From positions 85,312,001-85,376,000 of the forward strand of contig CM060731.1 of the NCBI GenBank assembly GCA_030704615.1: DNA of 64,000 nucleotides, read 5' to 3'. Positions 1 through 13,790 of this stretch are shown here, in pieces. The notes under the pieces were generated by a model. That model ran no database searches, was not told the DNA's origin, and worked only from the letters and a program-made list of their open reading frames with translations. Made by a program: the position numbers and the translations under genes. The DNA comes from Takakia lepidozioides (taxonomy: Eukaryota; Plantae; Bryophyta). Positions within the stretch are counted from its first letter, which is position 1. Each line of letters begins with the position of its first letter.

Positions 1-229
1 GTATGGTTCTTCCCGGTCATTACAATGCTTAGGTCCACCAGAACTGTAACTTGTCAGTCCAACAGAGAGGGCCTGATAAATATACTATCTGTCCAGGTTT
101 TTTTTAGCCATATGGCTATGTGGTGGCAACTTATTGCACCTCATGTGATCTGCATTCGCTTTCTGGACTGGTCTAGACATCAGGATATTTATTTTGTCTC
201 GGGCAAGTCTAAACACAGAGTTTTTGCAG

Positions 230-3200
230 GTCAAACCTCAGAGGTCTCTGAGGTTTCTGATAAGTCTGACAGACAGCAAGAGGCAGCTTCTGTCCTAGCA
301 GAGTTGGCCAGGAATGACACATCTCTGAAGCAGGGTTCTGGTGAGGCATGTGGACCCTCCAGAGGAACTATTGAAGCTGCACAGAAAGCCATTTGCTTAA
401 ACGGAGGAGCTCAAATTAGAAACAGGGCCATTATCTCGAATGAAACAGACACGGCCCAAAATGGGGAGTCCAGGACTGTGTCAAGTGATGATGATGGTGA
501 GAATCTTCAGTGGTTGTACTCTGTGAACTCATCATCTAATGAGACAAAAGAAGTGTCTCCAGCTAATGCAAACCCATATCAAAAGTGGTGCTCTTCGGAG
601 AGGCCTGCCTGTGCAAATAAGGTTGAGACAATCATTCCCTCACAGCGTTCACGCATAGGAGAATTGCAGAAGCAGCCAGTGGAGGCGCTTTCACCTCCAG
701 GCCCTGTAGGATCTAGAGTACTTGGTTTGACAGAAAGCAGAATGTGTGACAATGCCACCAATTCCTCCATTCCTAAGCAAAGAGTAAAGATGTTAGCAGC
801 CAAATCTTCAGCCAAGCACAAGGGAGGTGGAAACGCTAATGGTGACTCTTCGGGCCATATTGTACAGGCTGCTGGTAACATTAAATACCCCCACTCTACC
901 ATCACTGGCAGTTACAGTGGTAGTACAGGGAACAAATGGAAGGAACATGTTGCTACTGAGGAACAGCGTAACCTTTTGCATGAGTCTAGTCCTGGTGCAC
1001 AGGGACTTCATCTTGCAGAGTTTGGAGATGAGCAACAGGCATTATCCGAATATACAGCTATTGGAGAGAGCAATAAGTCGTCCATACTCCCCCCACATTC
1101 AGAGTTCTCATTGAGGGTCAGCTTAAGTGATTCTGATGGGGGTTACTCTTCACTAGAAGATCCCCCAAGCCACTTGCAATTGGAAAAAGGGTCCTTAGGA
1201 GATGACATGTCACAAGGTCGGTCTTTGACAAGTTCACCCTCCAGAGGTTCAGATGCCAGCAAAGATAATATGGAAGACAGCTCGCAGATAACCAAAGACC
1301 CAAGTCTGTTAGACAAGCTGAACTCTACACCACCAACCCTTGTCCACACAAGCAAGCCTAATTGGGTGTGGACTTTGGGCAAGAGCACTGACAAAACCGG
1401 TAAGTTCATATTTTTTGGCTCTCTCTTTAATCTTAAGATCGTCCTTGCAGTGAAACCTCAACAAGGCTGTGTGTTGGGAATATTTGTGGTTCATTAAACA
1501 CCTCTAATGTCAGTGCATCCCTTCTTCAGGGCAATGGATTTTCGATCAGTCATGATCACCATTGTGGATTGTCTTCACGATTGTCATGGTAGATGTGTCC
1601 TAGAAAAATATGAGAATAGATGGCAGGTTCAGGCTGAAGTTCAATTAATTCTAGCTGTCTATCTTGCGACAATAGTGAAAACCTATGTGCTCCATGAGTG
1701 GCATGGAGAGGATAGCATATAGTACTGAACCCCTCTCAAAAGCATCAGAAGGTGTGTCACTACTCTTTTCCCCAGTTTGGAAGACTCAAGGCCCTTGCCA
1801 AAGCTGTGACCCTCCTTGGTCTGGGTTCTAAAGTTGTTACATGACATTCATGTGAGAGAAAATCTTCGGGATAATATCTGGGAGGCTACAAGCAATCATT
1901 TTCACAAATGATTTGTGTAATTGGAGCAAGGCTTTCATGATAGCAGTCCAATTCTGGCTCCCCTTGCCCCCTTTCCCACTTCTCCCCCTCTTTGCGCTTT
2001 TGTTGAAAATCAGCATGCTGTCTGTGGCGGCATGGCTAGAAGAGAAGTCTGATCATTCAACTCTCCGTCTCCAGGCAGCACTGTCAGTACTGGGAGCATT
2101 GCGAGTGTGAGGGATAGCGACATTACCTCCACTCACAGTGCACCAAATGTGCCTTTGCGAAGGCCCAAACGCTGGTGGCGATCCAGTGCTGATGTTCTAA
2201 CTGTGTCAGCCACAACTCGTGACTTGTCTCCTGGTGGTAACAATTTGGCAACTGGATGCACCCAAGAGTCTCCAGCTAGAACTATACAAGAGTGTTTCAA
2301 GGAGTCTGTTGGAAGTGAGGTGTCTATGCCTACAAATGATGCAGATTTGCAGAGAGAGGCAATCATCAAGGAGGTGCTGGTGGAGCCTTTGGACAGCAAT
2401 CCTCCTGAGCTTGTAAAGAAGACTAAAGAGAAGGGTTCATCAGCCGTCTTGCAAGCGTTTGGCCAATCCATGCTGGAGCACATTCAGGTGCTCTGTGAGC
2501 TTTTTACTCTATGTTCTTTTGGGCTGCTGAGAATGAATGTGTGTGCGCAAAAGAGAGAGAGGAGAGGGAGAGAGGGAGAACATAAGTAGAACATGTATCA
2601 GCCATCTTGACATTGGTCCATTGCATCATTTGAGAGTTGAATTGCAGCTTGAAGGAAACTTGGTTTGAGCTTCAATGCAACATGTGCACACCAGAATACT
2701 CTACTAATTGTGAGTGCTAAATGTTCAGCATCAATGAACTTTGTAGTAATGTTAGTACCCTAACCTTCAGGTGTTGGCACTACTGACCCTTGTAGTCCAT
2801 TAGCATTAGAGATCTGTGAGGAGGTAATTGGAGCCATGGGCAGACCCCTGGCAGTTTTTTGTGGTCCATAATTATCTTCTGGGGTCGCAGGTCAGGTAAA
2901 GGTATGTCCTGCCTGCAGACAAGAAACTGAAGGACCTGAAGTTTGTAATGTGTTAGAGACACCACTTTCCCGGCTGTTGCAGTTCCATTTGTTTCCCAGT
3001 AGAAGTCAAATCCTCAATATGGCAGCTTGCCACCCTGTTTATGCATTTTCATTTGGACATCAGAGGACTACTTATTTTGCAGTTATTCAAGTGATTTAAT
3101 GAAGGACTTGCAGGTTTTGGAATCAGCTTTGACCCAAAGGGCCCCTGTCCTGAGAAGGGAGCAGCCTTCCAAGACTGTTCTGGGTGGGAAGGGGCACGTG

Positions 3201-3260
3201 GCTGCACTCGTGGCTCTTGCAGAGCTTCGCAAAATTAGCAGTGCATTGCAGCAAATGTAA
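230..3260 (+). CDS. 3' part of TBC1D5-like Rab-GAP (Ypt/Rab-GAP gyp1p family) gene; exons 230-1399, 2075-2487, 3114-3260; TBC domain upstream of window
   Basis: GT-AG junctions join in frame (T-G|GSTV; HIQ|VLES). The C-terminus FGQSMLEHIQ|VLESALTQ...KTVLGGKGHVAALVALAELRKISSALQQM and the motif NWVWTLGK match the plant TBC1D5-like tail (GQSMLEHIQVIE...GKGQVTAMAALKELRKISNLLSEM) as I recall it. Confidence 0.75.
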
Positions 3261-4925
3261 TAGCTGCCCTGTAGATTTATCTGGCCATTCATTTTATTCC
3301 ATTCCAGTGACCGCCCTCCTCAGAGTCACCACATACTATACATGAGATATTACCCATTGAGGCAGAGAAATGTAGGAACAAATATGCCAGGGTTTGTATC
3401 CAACTGGCTCACATGTAGCCAAAGACTGGTGTGAGTTGTCATGTGTACATTAGAATGAGATTGGACTTAATGTTTTGAATCTGCAAAACATTTGTTTACT
3501 AGGTAGCTTTGAGGACCATTCGAAAATAAGTGCTCAGAAGGCAGCAGCCATGAGGTGACCATTTTACCAGGATCCTGTACACAAGGAGAGAGATGTGAGG
3601 ATGTTCCGTCAGTTTTGCTGGCGATTCAAATTTTATTTTTGATATAGATTGTTGTCTAGCTGGAGTTAGCTAGTGGCTGTCCACAAGAACGAACTCAGCA
3701 GCTTTTTATTAGCATCCAACAACTTGAAATGGTTTTTCAGTTCGGAGGAGAGGTTCTAGAAGAACAACAAGTGGCTCTGCCACAAGAGGCTGTGTCCTTG
3801 CTCTTTCCTTGGGTGATTTTGGGGTTGTTGTTTTAAACTTTTTCCACGGCTTCATGAATCATGCCATGAACCCTCCATAGACTAGGCTTAATGGATAAGC
3901 CTAGTTCTCCCCCTTAGGCAAGATGTCTCCACAATCCCCCTATCCCTTGTTTTATACTTTTTCCATGGCTTCATGAATCAGAGAGCTCCTATTTTGTCAG
4001 TTAACAGCTATATTCCATTAGTGACGAAGGTAAACGAAGGTCAGCATGAACATTTTCCCCTGTCCAACAAACCTGCCCAATTAAAGCACCTACGGCCAAC
4101 GAAGGAGGCATCATCCGCGGTTGTAGAACACGGGCCGGTTTGCGGAAAGGAAAACAAATGATAAAAATGGATTTTTTTTTTTTTTTTTTCTCAATTAATG
4201 CCAATCTGACCATATGTTATGGCATGCCAAGGACCCACCTACGTCCACCGAAGATGAGTGAACTTGTGAGGTTGTTGTAGAGCAAACTACTTATATATCA
4301 GGGATACGGTCGGAAACATCAACCATAAGTACAAAAAAATGATAAATTAATCTAATTTTTTGCCTATCCGAAAATATTTTATAGGCAGTATAGGACCCAC
4401 CTACGTCCACCAAAGGTGGGTCACTCCACATGATATGGTTTTTAATTCTCTTATTTAGCATCGCATATCCATCACCGACGAACGTCACATTCCTTCACGC
4501 AGGGCAAAGAGTACAATATGCAGATATATTGTTAGGGGAAGCTTGTCTAAATTGGCAGGTACCATACTTAGTCTTCATGGTACACATTGGCCAGAATTAG
4601 ACAGTTTGTTGCTCCACTCCCTTGCACATTTGCCACCCCCCTTCGTGCTGTATAATTTGGGTGCATTAACTGTTGTGATGTCTGAGCTTGTTGGTTGGTT
4701 GTGGGTGCTTGGCCAGGAACAAGTCGCCCCAGGTGAAAGGGCAGCACACCTTCACCCTTTTAGGAAGCCGACACAGACACCCATGATCCCTGATTCGCAG
4801 AATGGGGTAAGTCTATGCGTCTTCTATTCCCCCTTGCCCCACCTGCATAGATCAGTTTTTTTTATCTCTTCATTGCAGACTGTGTAGACATAGTATGTTG
4901 GGAGAATCCCGTTCCTTGATTTTTC

Positions 4926-5231
4926 ATGCAATCTGGCATGTATGGGGGTGGATGGCAGTTCATGGTGGGAGACCATGTGAAGCTCATAGACACAGTGTCG
5001 CGATCTACAGCCGGATCTGGCCGCATTGTTGGTCTCCAAGGGAGCGAGGTGAGTGAAGGGTACCATGTCATGCCAGAAGGCTATGTGGCCATCCACATTG
5101 ATGATGTCCGGATTCCCAATGTCCCTCTACCATATCACAACAAATCCATGAAGCCTCATCACACAGAGTTGGGAGACACTATAGGTTATATTACTGTGTG
5201 GAGTGACAAACTAGTGAAGACTTTGCAGTGA
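4926..5231 (+). CDS. ORF/exon with CACTA TnpA (Tnp1/En/Spm)-like C-terminal domain
   Basis: VKLID...GRIVG...PEGYVAIHIDDVRIPNVPLPY...TELGDTIGYITVW pattern; homologous to 54080-54349. Confidence 0.55.
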   Translation: MQSGMYGGGWQFMVGDHVKLIDTVSRSTAGSGRIVGLQGSEVSEGYHVMPEGYVAIHIDDVRIPNVPLPYHNKSMKPHHTELGDTIGYITVWSDKLVKTLQ

Positions 5232-6929
5232 AGAGATGAGACAGGTCGTTTATTGCTAGCTTTGTGTATCTCATGCGGATTTCCACCTATGCATTGTGCG
5301 GATTTGGAATTTTTGGTAGCTTCATACAAGAGAGATTGCAGGGTTCACTAGCATGTATAAGATAGTTGTTGCAGTCCGAGTAGTGAACATTTTTTTGGTA
5401 AAGTTTGGAAAATGAAAATGCAATGCATTGAATGAGAAAGTCTATGGACGTATAAGGCAAATTCATTTTAATAAAAAAATTGTGATTATATTAAGTTGTC
5501 GAAATCCCAAGGTCAACCTTAAAGTCAACCCTAAACCATAAACCCCAAACCTCTCATTACATGAAAAAGTCCATATCTTTCTTGGCGGTCCTTTGTAATA
5601 GGCAAATATACATTTTCAATGAAGGGAGATTCTTTAATTCATTCATTTTCCTCCTATAGAACAATTTGAAAATTCACTGCTCTTTAGGGTACTTAAAAGT
5701 ACATGAATTTTACATAATTGAATATTAATCTATTAGATTCGTCATTTTAGTTTCTTTAAAAAAAATCGTCACTTTATAGTGAGTAATTTTTTTTCATTTT
5801 GGTATGTACCATGAAAGGAAAAAGTCCATAACGATAACATTTATGTACTATTGCATTTGGCCACGACTTTTTCAAAAGTCCAATACTTCCAAATATTTAT
5901 GAATTGACTGATGATGCTTTAAAGTGGGTTAAGTATATTGTAGTAAGAGTCCACTATATGAGTCCCATTTGATCTTTTTCATAGAATGTAAAGAGTATGG
6001 ATCAATAGAGAGTAAGTATGTACTACAAAAATGATGTTGTTACAGTTTTATTGTGCCACCCTAGCTTGCTTTCACCCTTGTGGTTGAAATCAATGAGGTG
6101 AATCTAGATGAGAATGTAGATTTTATAGGTTTGAGGGAACCTAGTACTCTTCTTCCAGATCTGGTACAAGAAGCATTTTTACAAGATGTGGTTGACCTTA
6201 ATGCGGAAGAGAGAGAAGACTCCGGCCGAAGCCGGCGTAACTAAGAGCCACCTCACCTTGTGGCTATTGCCCCCTTTCGGGGGTGGGCCCTATTACGGAA
6301 GAGACTCTTGAAGCAAGAATAAGTCTTAGGGACATTGTTGCGCATAGCAGTACTGAGGAGGAAGAGGAGGAAGATTCTGAAGATGAATATGATGATTGAT
6401 TATCAATGTCCACATTTATTTGGACCTGCTTGGCAGCCCCCCTTCCCAAATTCTGGGTCCTTCGCCATTCTGGAATTACCTTTACTGTCACAAGTGATTG
6501 TAGGCACTTGAGTCATAGACACCAGTGCTCCCAAATCAACTACTAATCACTAAGTATCAAAGTTGGCCACATCAGCATTAAATCATAATCTCTCAGTTGT
6601 ATGCCAAGTAGTTTGAACGACTCAATATTACACGTCACAATATAATATAATTGTGCCTTATTAATCAACATTTATGGAGTTGTATGTGAAGTGATTACTA
6701 TGACTGTAATTTCCACATAATTATGTAAGGTGTATATATATATAATTCAAATACCACGCCAAATTATAGTCGTAAGTACAGTAATTCCAATGACTTGATG
6801 TGCCGTGTCATTATATCTATATATTTTATTGTAAATAAATATTTGATATATAATCATGAGTCGTTTATGGAGTCATAGATATAACGGGTTTTGCCACTCC
6901 AATGACACCTAATTGTCGGTTCCTACTGA

Positions 6930-7000
6930 ACTAATGACTACAGTCGTAGGGTAGTGATTTGTAGAGTCATACCAGACATGAGTCGTAAAACAGTGCAGTG
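6930..7000. mobile_element. Probable CACTA-family (CACTG-type) terminus with subterminal GAGTCGT/ACGACTC motifs
   Basis: ATGAGTCGTAAAACAGTG(CAGTG) ends at 6995/7000 and resembles the reverse complement of 52978-52996 (ATGAGTCGTTACCCCAGTG). Confidence 0.4.
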
Positions 7001-7024
7001 GGAAATGACAAAATTTATTCTTGT

Positions 7025-9090
7025 GTTGAGTTCCCTCCTCTGTCGGCGAGCCTCGGGAATGTTGACGGATATGGATAGAAAACATGACGGTCACCCTTGG
7101 TGCGTCACAAGAACAAGCAGCATGAAGATTGCCGATGGTGTCTGGGTGCATTACGTTCTGTGTGTCGGCATGCTGCGGTGTTTCTCCGCCACCTGCTTCC
7201 ACTATATATCCAAAGGACTCAAGAACGAGACGGATTGGACAGGCACAACTCTTCAACCCTTTTGAGCTCAAGAAAAGGTTCCGCACTCCACTTTTAAGTG
7301 CGCGCATTGCAAAGAACCGCCCGTTTGCATGTCTGTTTGCAATGCAAAATAGTACTAGTAGCCTTTTGCCAGACCTCACGCGAGCTTGTATACACATTGG
7401 TGTGCACTGTTGTAACCCCCAGGAGGCTGCCCATGAAGCACGGCACCTCATTTAGGAGGAGGTGAAGTTGAGACCTGGTGCCAAACCCGAACAGATTTAA
7501 CTGCACGCCGCCCATAGGATGGCATTGGGTAGAATAATGCCGGAAGATGGCTTGGACAGAGTTCCTCTTGATGAAAATGAAATGAATGCATTGCTGGAGT
7601 CGGTGTCCCACGTCTGTTTCCCGAATGTTAGAAATCAATTGTCTCCTGCAAACAGAAAATTGGGCAAGGCTCAGATATGTAGTCCATTCTGGAGGTCAAA
7701 CGACGATGTGGATATGACTTCATTCATGGAAGTCGGTTTCTAAGACAAGGCAGTGAGGCATACCGTTGTTTCATATTCAAAATGTCAACGTGTGGTCCTG
7801 GCAACGGCGTAGATTTGGTCCGCCGGATGACAAGTGGAGACTTGTCAAACAGTTGGGTCATGTTCGACCATATCAAACGTATTACAAATCATGAATGGGT
7901 GACAATGGGTGACAATGGGTGCACATGTCTATGACCCCCATCGAAGAATGCTAATGACCATTGCTATTTGTGAGATGAAAGGGGAGGACACACAATCGGA
8001 GATGCATCTTTGGCAGGGAATAAACGAACAAATGGCCAGGGCGGGATTGCCGAAGCCAAATTTCTGCGACTTCCTAGCGGACAATGCACAAGCGAATTGG
8101 GCTGCAATCCGAAGGGTGTACGGGGAAGACCCAAATGTTCCAATGGGAGGAAAGGAGAGATCTTGTGGGTTCCATTTTCTACAAAGTTTGTCGCACTACA
8201 CAACCAAACTCGTGGCGCCAGCTTTCAGAGAGGACCACCGTTCCATGTGTCTTGCATGGAAGAATGCTCCCACTTTGGATGATGCAAAGATAGAGTTTGC
8301 ATGTATACGGGCTTGGTAGACAACTTCAGGTGTTGTACAGGATAAAGATCTGGGAGCAATGGTCAGTTGGCTTGCTTGGTGGCATTATCATTTTGGACAG
8401 TTTGGCGAGTATATGCGGCAGGTGAGTTGAACGATTTCACGTCCCCAACAATATTATGGTTTTCAATGCTTTGTAACTTGCTTCTAATCTAGGAATGTGC
8501 ATTTGCAAGATTTGTGTCTGGACCGACACCGACATGTTGACAACAAACATGGCTGAATCAGTGCATTCTTCATGGCGGGCCTCCTCAGCGGCGTATCTGG
8601 TGGACATCCTCACTGCGACAACGGAGGACATTGTGAGGTCAGTCATTCAACAATCCAGGTACAATGAGTTTTTGAAAATGAAACAGTGGGGCTTGGGGCC
8701 GGACAGACAGGAAATGCTGATGCGACCGGCCTCCAGATCCAAGAATCCTCAATACAACATAACCCATTGTGGAGATAAGAGTGTGTCCGAATCACAGTGG
8801 AGAATTGCCAGGACATTCCCAGCATTTCGAGGGAAGTGCTGCGTCATCCGGGTGGATACCAGACAACGCTGCAGTGAGATGATTAGGAGGAACCCACACG
8901 GTGTTGTACCAACACCTTATTTCAGCGGCAGATTTCTGATTGTCAGATTTGTTGCAGCCACAACGCAAGTGTTTTGGTTCTGTAGGCACGACATAATGAA
9001 TTATGTATTTGGCAAGCCCCAGTATGGGATTCAGGGAATGTCGGAGCCTCCCGTCGTTTGGCCTGTCGCACTGGGTTGCAATATAAAGAC
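7025..9090 (+). pseudogene. Mutator-like DDE transposase, copy 1 (truncated at both ends, frameshifted, internal deletion)
   Basis: WVMFDHIKR (D1), FLADNAQANW (D2), ERSCGFH (CxxH), TTNMAESVH (E); Cys/His-rich N-terminal region; intron about 8422-8508; collinear with 42026-45614. Confidence 0.85.
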
Positions 9091-9379
9091 AGAATAATTC
9101 TAGCTGCAAACGATATGGGATAAAGATATGAAATGATTTAAAATCCTTCTAAAAATGCCCAAAAGTCCACAAAGTGCATTGATGAATATGACAATGAGTA
9201 AGTTCCAATTAGACTTTTGGAGCACATGACACATGATGAGTTGGCCAATCACGCCTCTGGAAAGGGCCGCGTAAAAGTATCGGGGCGTGGCCGCTCCCGG
9301 AGGAACTCACCATTAACACCCACTTCCCGTCAGAGATGATTATGCAAACACAGCAGCTCCTGGAATGAAGTGGCGCCGA

Positions 9380-9677
9380 CAGTGTTTGACGTCAAATGCC
9401 AAAAATCTGGAGTACTGGCATAATACAAAATAAAAAAATAAAAAATGTGACAGAATGATTCCCAATCCATGGCCATAACAAAAGCGTGCGAGGAATGGAT
9501 GAAAAGTGGAAATGGATGACAAACCGAGGGACAACGCCATAACAGAAGAGTGCAAAGAATGGATGAAATGTGGAAATGGATGAAAATCCGAGAGGAATGG
9601 AAATCTGAAGGTATTTATGAAATCTCAAATGTGGATGGAAATCTGAGGGGAACAGCAGTGTTCGGTGTCAAACACTG
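9380..9677. mobile_element. Possible MITE-like element
   Basis: 11-bp terminal inverted repeat CAGTGTTTGAC...GTCAAACACTG enclosing ~60-bp direct repeats (GGAATGGATGAAA.GTGGAAATGGATGA); no TSD seen. Confidence 0.3.
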
Positions 9678-9761
9678 AACTCATTTACGCATGTTCAATC
9701 ATATAATAATCCAGGAAATCAACTGTCTAATGCGAGGATTTTGTACACTCCACAAAAATAG

Positions 9762-9935
9762 TTGCAGCAGTTAGTGGAGCCTAATGCCGACGAGCGAGAG
9801 CGGGCTATGGGTTTTTCCACTGGGACCACGGCGGTGCGTTCTCTTTCTGAGGCATCACGTCGTCAGGTGTTGGGGCAAGCAATGGATCTCAATTGCTTAA
9901 CATGGAATATCAGCTTGGCTATGGCTGAGCAACGT
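9762..9935 (+). pseudogene. DNMT3-like C5-cytosine methyltransferase, motifs IX-X, in frame with downstream RT
   Basis: EPNADERERAMGFSTGTTAVRSLSEASRRQVLGQAMDLNCLTW aligns with DNMT3A [39 protein letters not shown]; same frame as ORF 10377, only one TAG (10215-10217) between. Confidence 0.8.
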
Positions 9936-12900
9936 AGAGTGCGGAGTGCACTTCCCTTGACGGTCTCTCTGCCTACCGAGATGGTACAAGCAGTGAGTGG
10001 GGGCGAGCCGGTGAGGACCACGGGGAGCAGATATCCATGGCACACGTGGGAGGTGCTTGAGGTTCAGAGGGAGTTGGCAGCCAAGGCGGCTGTGATGGAT
10101 GAGGTTGGGGATTCTTCTCGGGTCAAGGACGTCCTCAAGGATGAGATGATGGGGCAGGATGAGGCCTTGTCATTGACTGAGCAGGCAGGGAGTACTGCTC
10201 ATGAGGTTGCGGCATAGCAACCATGGGACGCGTCTCCTACCTCTAAGTCTGCTGGACTTAAGGTTGCAGTTACGGAGGACAATTGGGAGCCTGACATTGG
10301 ACCCATTGTCACTGGAGGAGAGAGACAACTTATACGGCGGTTCCTAAGGGCTTACAGGAATTGCTTTGCCTTCAGTTTGAAGGACTTGGGAGCACTGAAG
10401 GGTCAAGAAATTCGTATTGAGTTGGCCACGGACACGCCAATCTTTCGGAGACCCTATAGATATAGTGACATTGAGAGGTCTTTGATTCAGATGAGGACTC
10501 AAGATCTCTGGGAGGCTGGTTTGGTGGAGCTCTCTGGTCGAGAGTATGCTTCAGCCACGGTGATGCCAGCCAAGAAGAACGTCTATGGCAATTGGACGGA
10601 GGGACGTATGTGTGGTGATTACCGGCCTGTAAATCGCGAGACCAAGTCCGATAAGTATACCATGCTCACACCGGAGGAGATCTTTGATGCCATCGGGCAT
10701 GCCAAGGTCTTTAGCACTTTGGATTTGCGGTCCGGATATCACCAATTGTCAATCAAAGAGGCAGACAAGCAGAAGACGACATTCTGGGGGATCAATGAGC
10801 ACGGGAAGGATTGCCTATATCAGTGGCGGTTCTTACCATTCGGGCTTAAGAACACTCCTGCAGAGTTACAGAGAGTCATGGACAGGATTCTAGCAGGGGT
10901 GGACTTTGCTCGGTGCTACATAGATGACATCATCATCTTTAGTGCTACGGTGGAGGAGCACGAGAGACACCTTCAGGTGGTGTTTGAGCGCTTGAGAGCG
11001 CACAGATTGAAATTACATCCAGGGAAGTGCAAGTTCTTCCACAACCAGATTGAGTATCTGGGCCACATGATATATCATGGAGGATTGGGGGTGCAACAAA
11101 CTACTATAGATGGTTTGTCAAAGGATTTAGTGCTATTGCAGAGGCTCTAACCAAGCTGACCATGGTAGACCAAGAGTGGTAGTGGGAAGATGAGCAAGAG
11201 CGAGCTTTTCAGGAGCTCAAGGCGAGGTTGACGTCAAGGCCATCTTGAGACGACCTATCAGGGGCATCCCTTTCAGCTGCATACAGATTGGAGTATGCTG
11301 GGGCTTGGAGCGGTGCTCACACATGTGGATGATGAGAGAAGAGAGTTCGTAGTGGCTTATGCTAGCCGCTCGAACAACGCTACAGAGTCTAAGTATAGCT
11401 CATATGAGGGGGAGTGCTTAGCTGCAGTGTGGGCCGTGGCACACTTCAGGTGCTATCTATACGGCAATCTCTTCACCCTTGTCACGGATCACTAGCCACT
11501 CAAGTGGTTGATGGAGTCAGACAAGCTTACGGGGAAGCTTGTACGGTGGGCACTTATACTCTAGGAGTATGACTTTCAGGTTCTGCATCGACCGTGTTTG
11601 GTCAATAGGGATGCGGATGGATTGAGTCGCAATCCATGCACAAGCCAGCAGGATGACACTGGAGCTCGGTGGCATGGTAAGACGGATGAGGAGATGGTGT
11701 CGGGATGACATGCATCTATCTTTTTGTGTATCTTGGCATCGGGAGGTCAGGTTGGACCTACAACAGGGATGACAGTAGACGGAGTGTCTGAGGACCCTGA
11801 GGCTAATGATGAGCCAGGTGGTACCAGAGATATACATGAGGATTCGGTTGTGTTGGATTACCTCCGTACTAGAGACACGGAGTGACTAGTGTGACTGCCA
11901 ATGAGAGGGATCGGATCCTACAACGAGCCAAGAGGTTCAAGTGGGAGGGGATACATCTGTTTCGAGTGTGGGAGGATGGTCGGGTGAGGATCATGCCTCA
12001 CCCAACACAACGTGCACGGTTAGTGCGGCATGCCCATGAGGAGTTGGGGCATTTTGGAGTGCGACGCACTCATAGTCTACTGCAGGGGCAGTATTGGTGG
12101 CGTGGTATGCACACAGAGATGCAACAGTTTGTGGCTAGGTGCATGGTGTGTGATATGGTGCGTGCTTCATTCAACGCCCTTACACCACAGTTGCATCATT
12201 TATCCATCATGGGATTGGGCTACAGGTGGAGTCTTGATTTCGTAGGGCCGTTGCCACTAACGATGCGCCACCACAGATATGTGTTGGTGATGGTGGAGCA
12301 CTTCTCCAAGTGGATTGAGTTGGTTCCATTACCTGACAAGGCTAGTGGGGGGGCTGCGTATGCATTCCTGGATCGTGTGCTTAGCCGATTCGGTGCTCCA
12401 GCTGAGGTACTCACGGACCAAGGGAGAGAGTTCTTGGGGGAGTTTCAGACTTTGTGTGATAAAACCTTGATAGACCACCGTACCACTTCTCGGGACCATC
12501 CTAAGGCCGATGGCTTGGCAGAGAGAGTGGATTAGACAGTGAAGAGGGATTTGCGCAAGTATGGTTTGCAAAAGGGACACCTAGGAGATTGGGATCTTCA
12601 GGTACATTGGTTAGCCATGGGCTACAGGTTTAGCAAGCAAGCATCACTTGCCTCCTTCTCACCATATTTCCTTCTCTTTGGCCAAGAGCCGGATTTGCCT
12701 GCATCTATTCGCAGGGAGGCTGCAGTAGTCCTCAACCTTGATGATCCGGATGTGTGGACACAAGCATGATTGCCCAGCGGGCAGAGTTTTTCAAGAGAGT
12801 CATGCCTATGGCTTTTGAGAATCTTGCTATTGCCCAACACCGAGACACATTAAGGTATGTCACTATACGTGGAGGGGGATATCGGCCAGGTATTCGGCGT

Positions 12901-13121
12901 TTCCTCCCTAGGGACTATGTGTTTCCAGACAGCGCCTACGACCTTGGATGTCACAACAGGACGTGTGATTCTAAAGGTCAGGGAGGTGTTGTCTTCAGGA
13001 GTGTTGATGCTGGAGGCTCGAGATGGCATGGTATAAAAGGACCATGTGTGCAATTGTGTGCCATGTCACCTTCCACATGTGGATGGGAGGCTAAATCCCA
13101 ACCTTGTAGTGGTATCTGCGT

Positions 13122-13265
13122 TGCATGCTATGTGGGCATGCTTGTGGTGCCGTCACTATGCTGGTGTGTGATTGATGCTCAAGAGGTTGGCACATGGGAT
13201 GCTTGACACCAGCTCTTGAGAGGGTTCCTGATGGAGATTGATTATGTCCACACTGCTTGGGATAG
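13122..13265 (+). pseudogene. PHD finger at integrase C-terminus
   Basis: Manual translation: CMLCGHACGAVTMLVCD*CSRGWHMGCLTPALERVPDGD*LCPHCLG* (C4HC3); the two internal stops fit CGA>TGA and TGG>TGA. Confidence 0.85.
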
Positions 13266-13522
13266 TGGCAGTGGATATGACTAATGGCAGCTAACAAGAC
13301 ATGGGAGGCCAAGCTCATAGGAGTCAATACTCGAGATCTCAGGCTCAAGTTCACAGGTTGCAAGACGGCGACTAACGATGGGGCAACTCTTGTACCCGGC
13401 GTCTTGATCTATCGAGTTTGAGTGTAGTAGGGACAGTGATGGAGGACTTAGTGAGGCTATGGCCACTATCACATCTTGTGGCTACCTGGATTTAGAGGGA
13501 CCTAACCAGCTAGGGGGGCGAT

Positions 13523-13790
13523 TGTGATGGACTAGTGGCAGCACTAGTGGTGGCTAGTGGCAGCCTAGTGGTGGACTAGTGGTTGCACTAGTAGTGGCTA
13601 GTGGCAGCCTAGTGGTGGACTAGTGGCAGCCTAGTGGTTGGACTATTGGCTGCACTAGTGGTGGCTAGTGGTGGCTAGTGGTGGCTAGTGGCAGCCTGGT
13701 GGTGGACTAATGGCTGTACTAGTGGTGACTAGTGGTTGTCTAGTGGCAGCCTAGTGGTGCACTAGTGGTGGACTAGTGATACACTAGTGT
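13523..13790. repeat. ~11-bp CTAGTGG(TGGA/CAGC) minisatellite at the LTR 5' end
   Basis: Visible tandem CTAGTGG units; repeated in the second LTR copy at 14181-14335. Confidence 0.9.

Noticed and set aside
25-1497. 490-aa ORF as a complete gene
   Set aside because: Both ends run into introns; only 230-1399 is exonic.
5505-5552. Interstitial telomeric repeat
   Set aside because: Only one exact CCCTAAA plus a few degenerate units.
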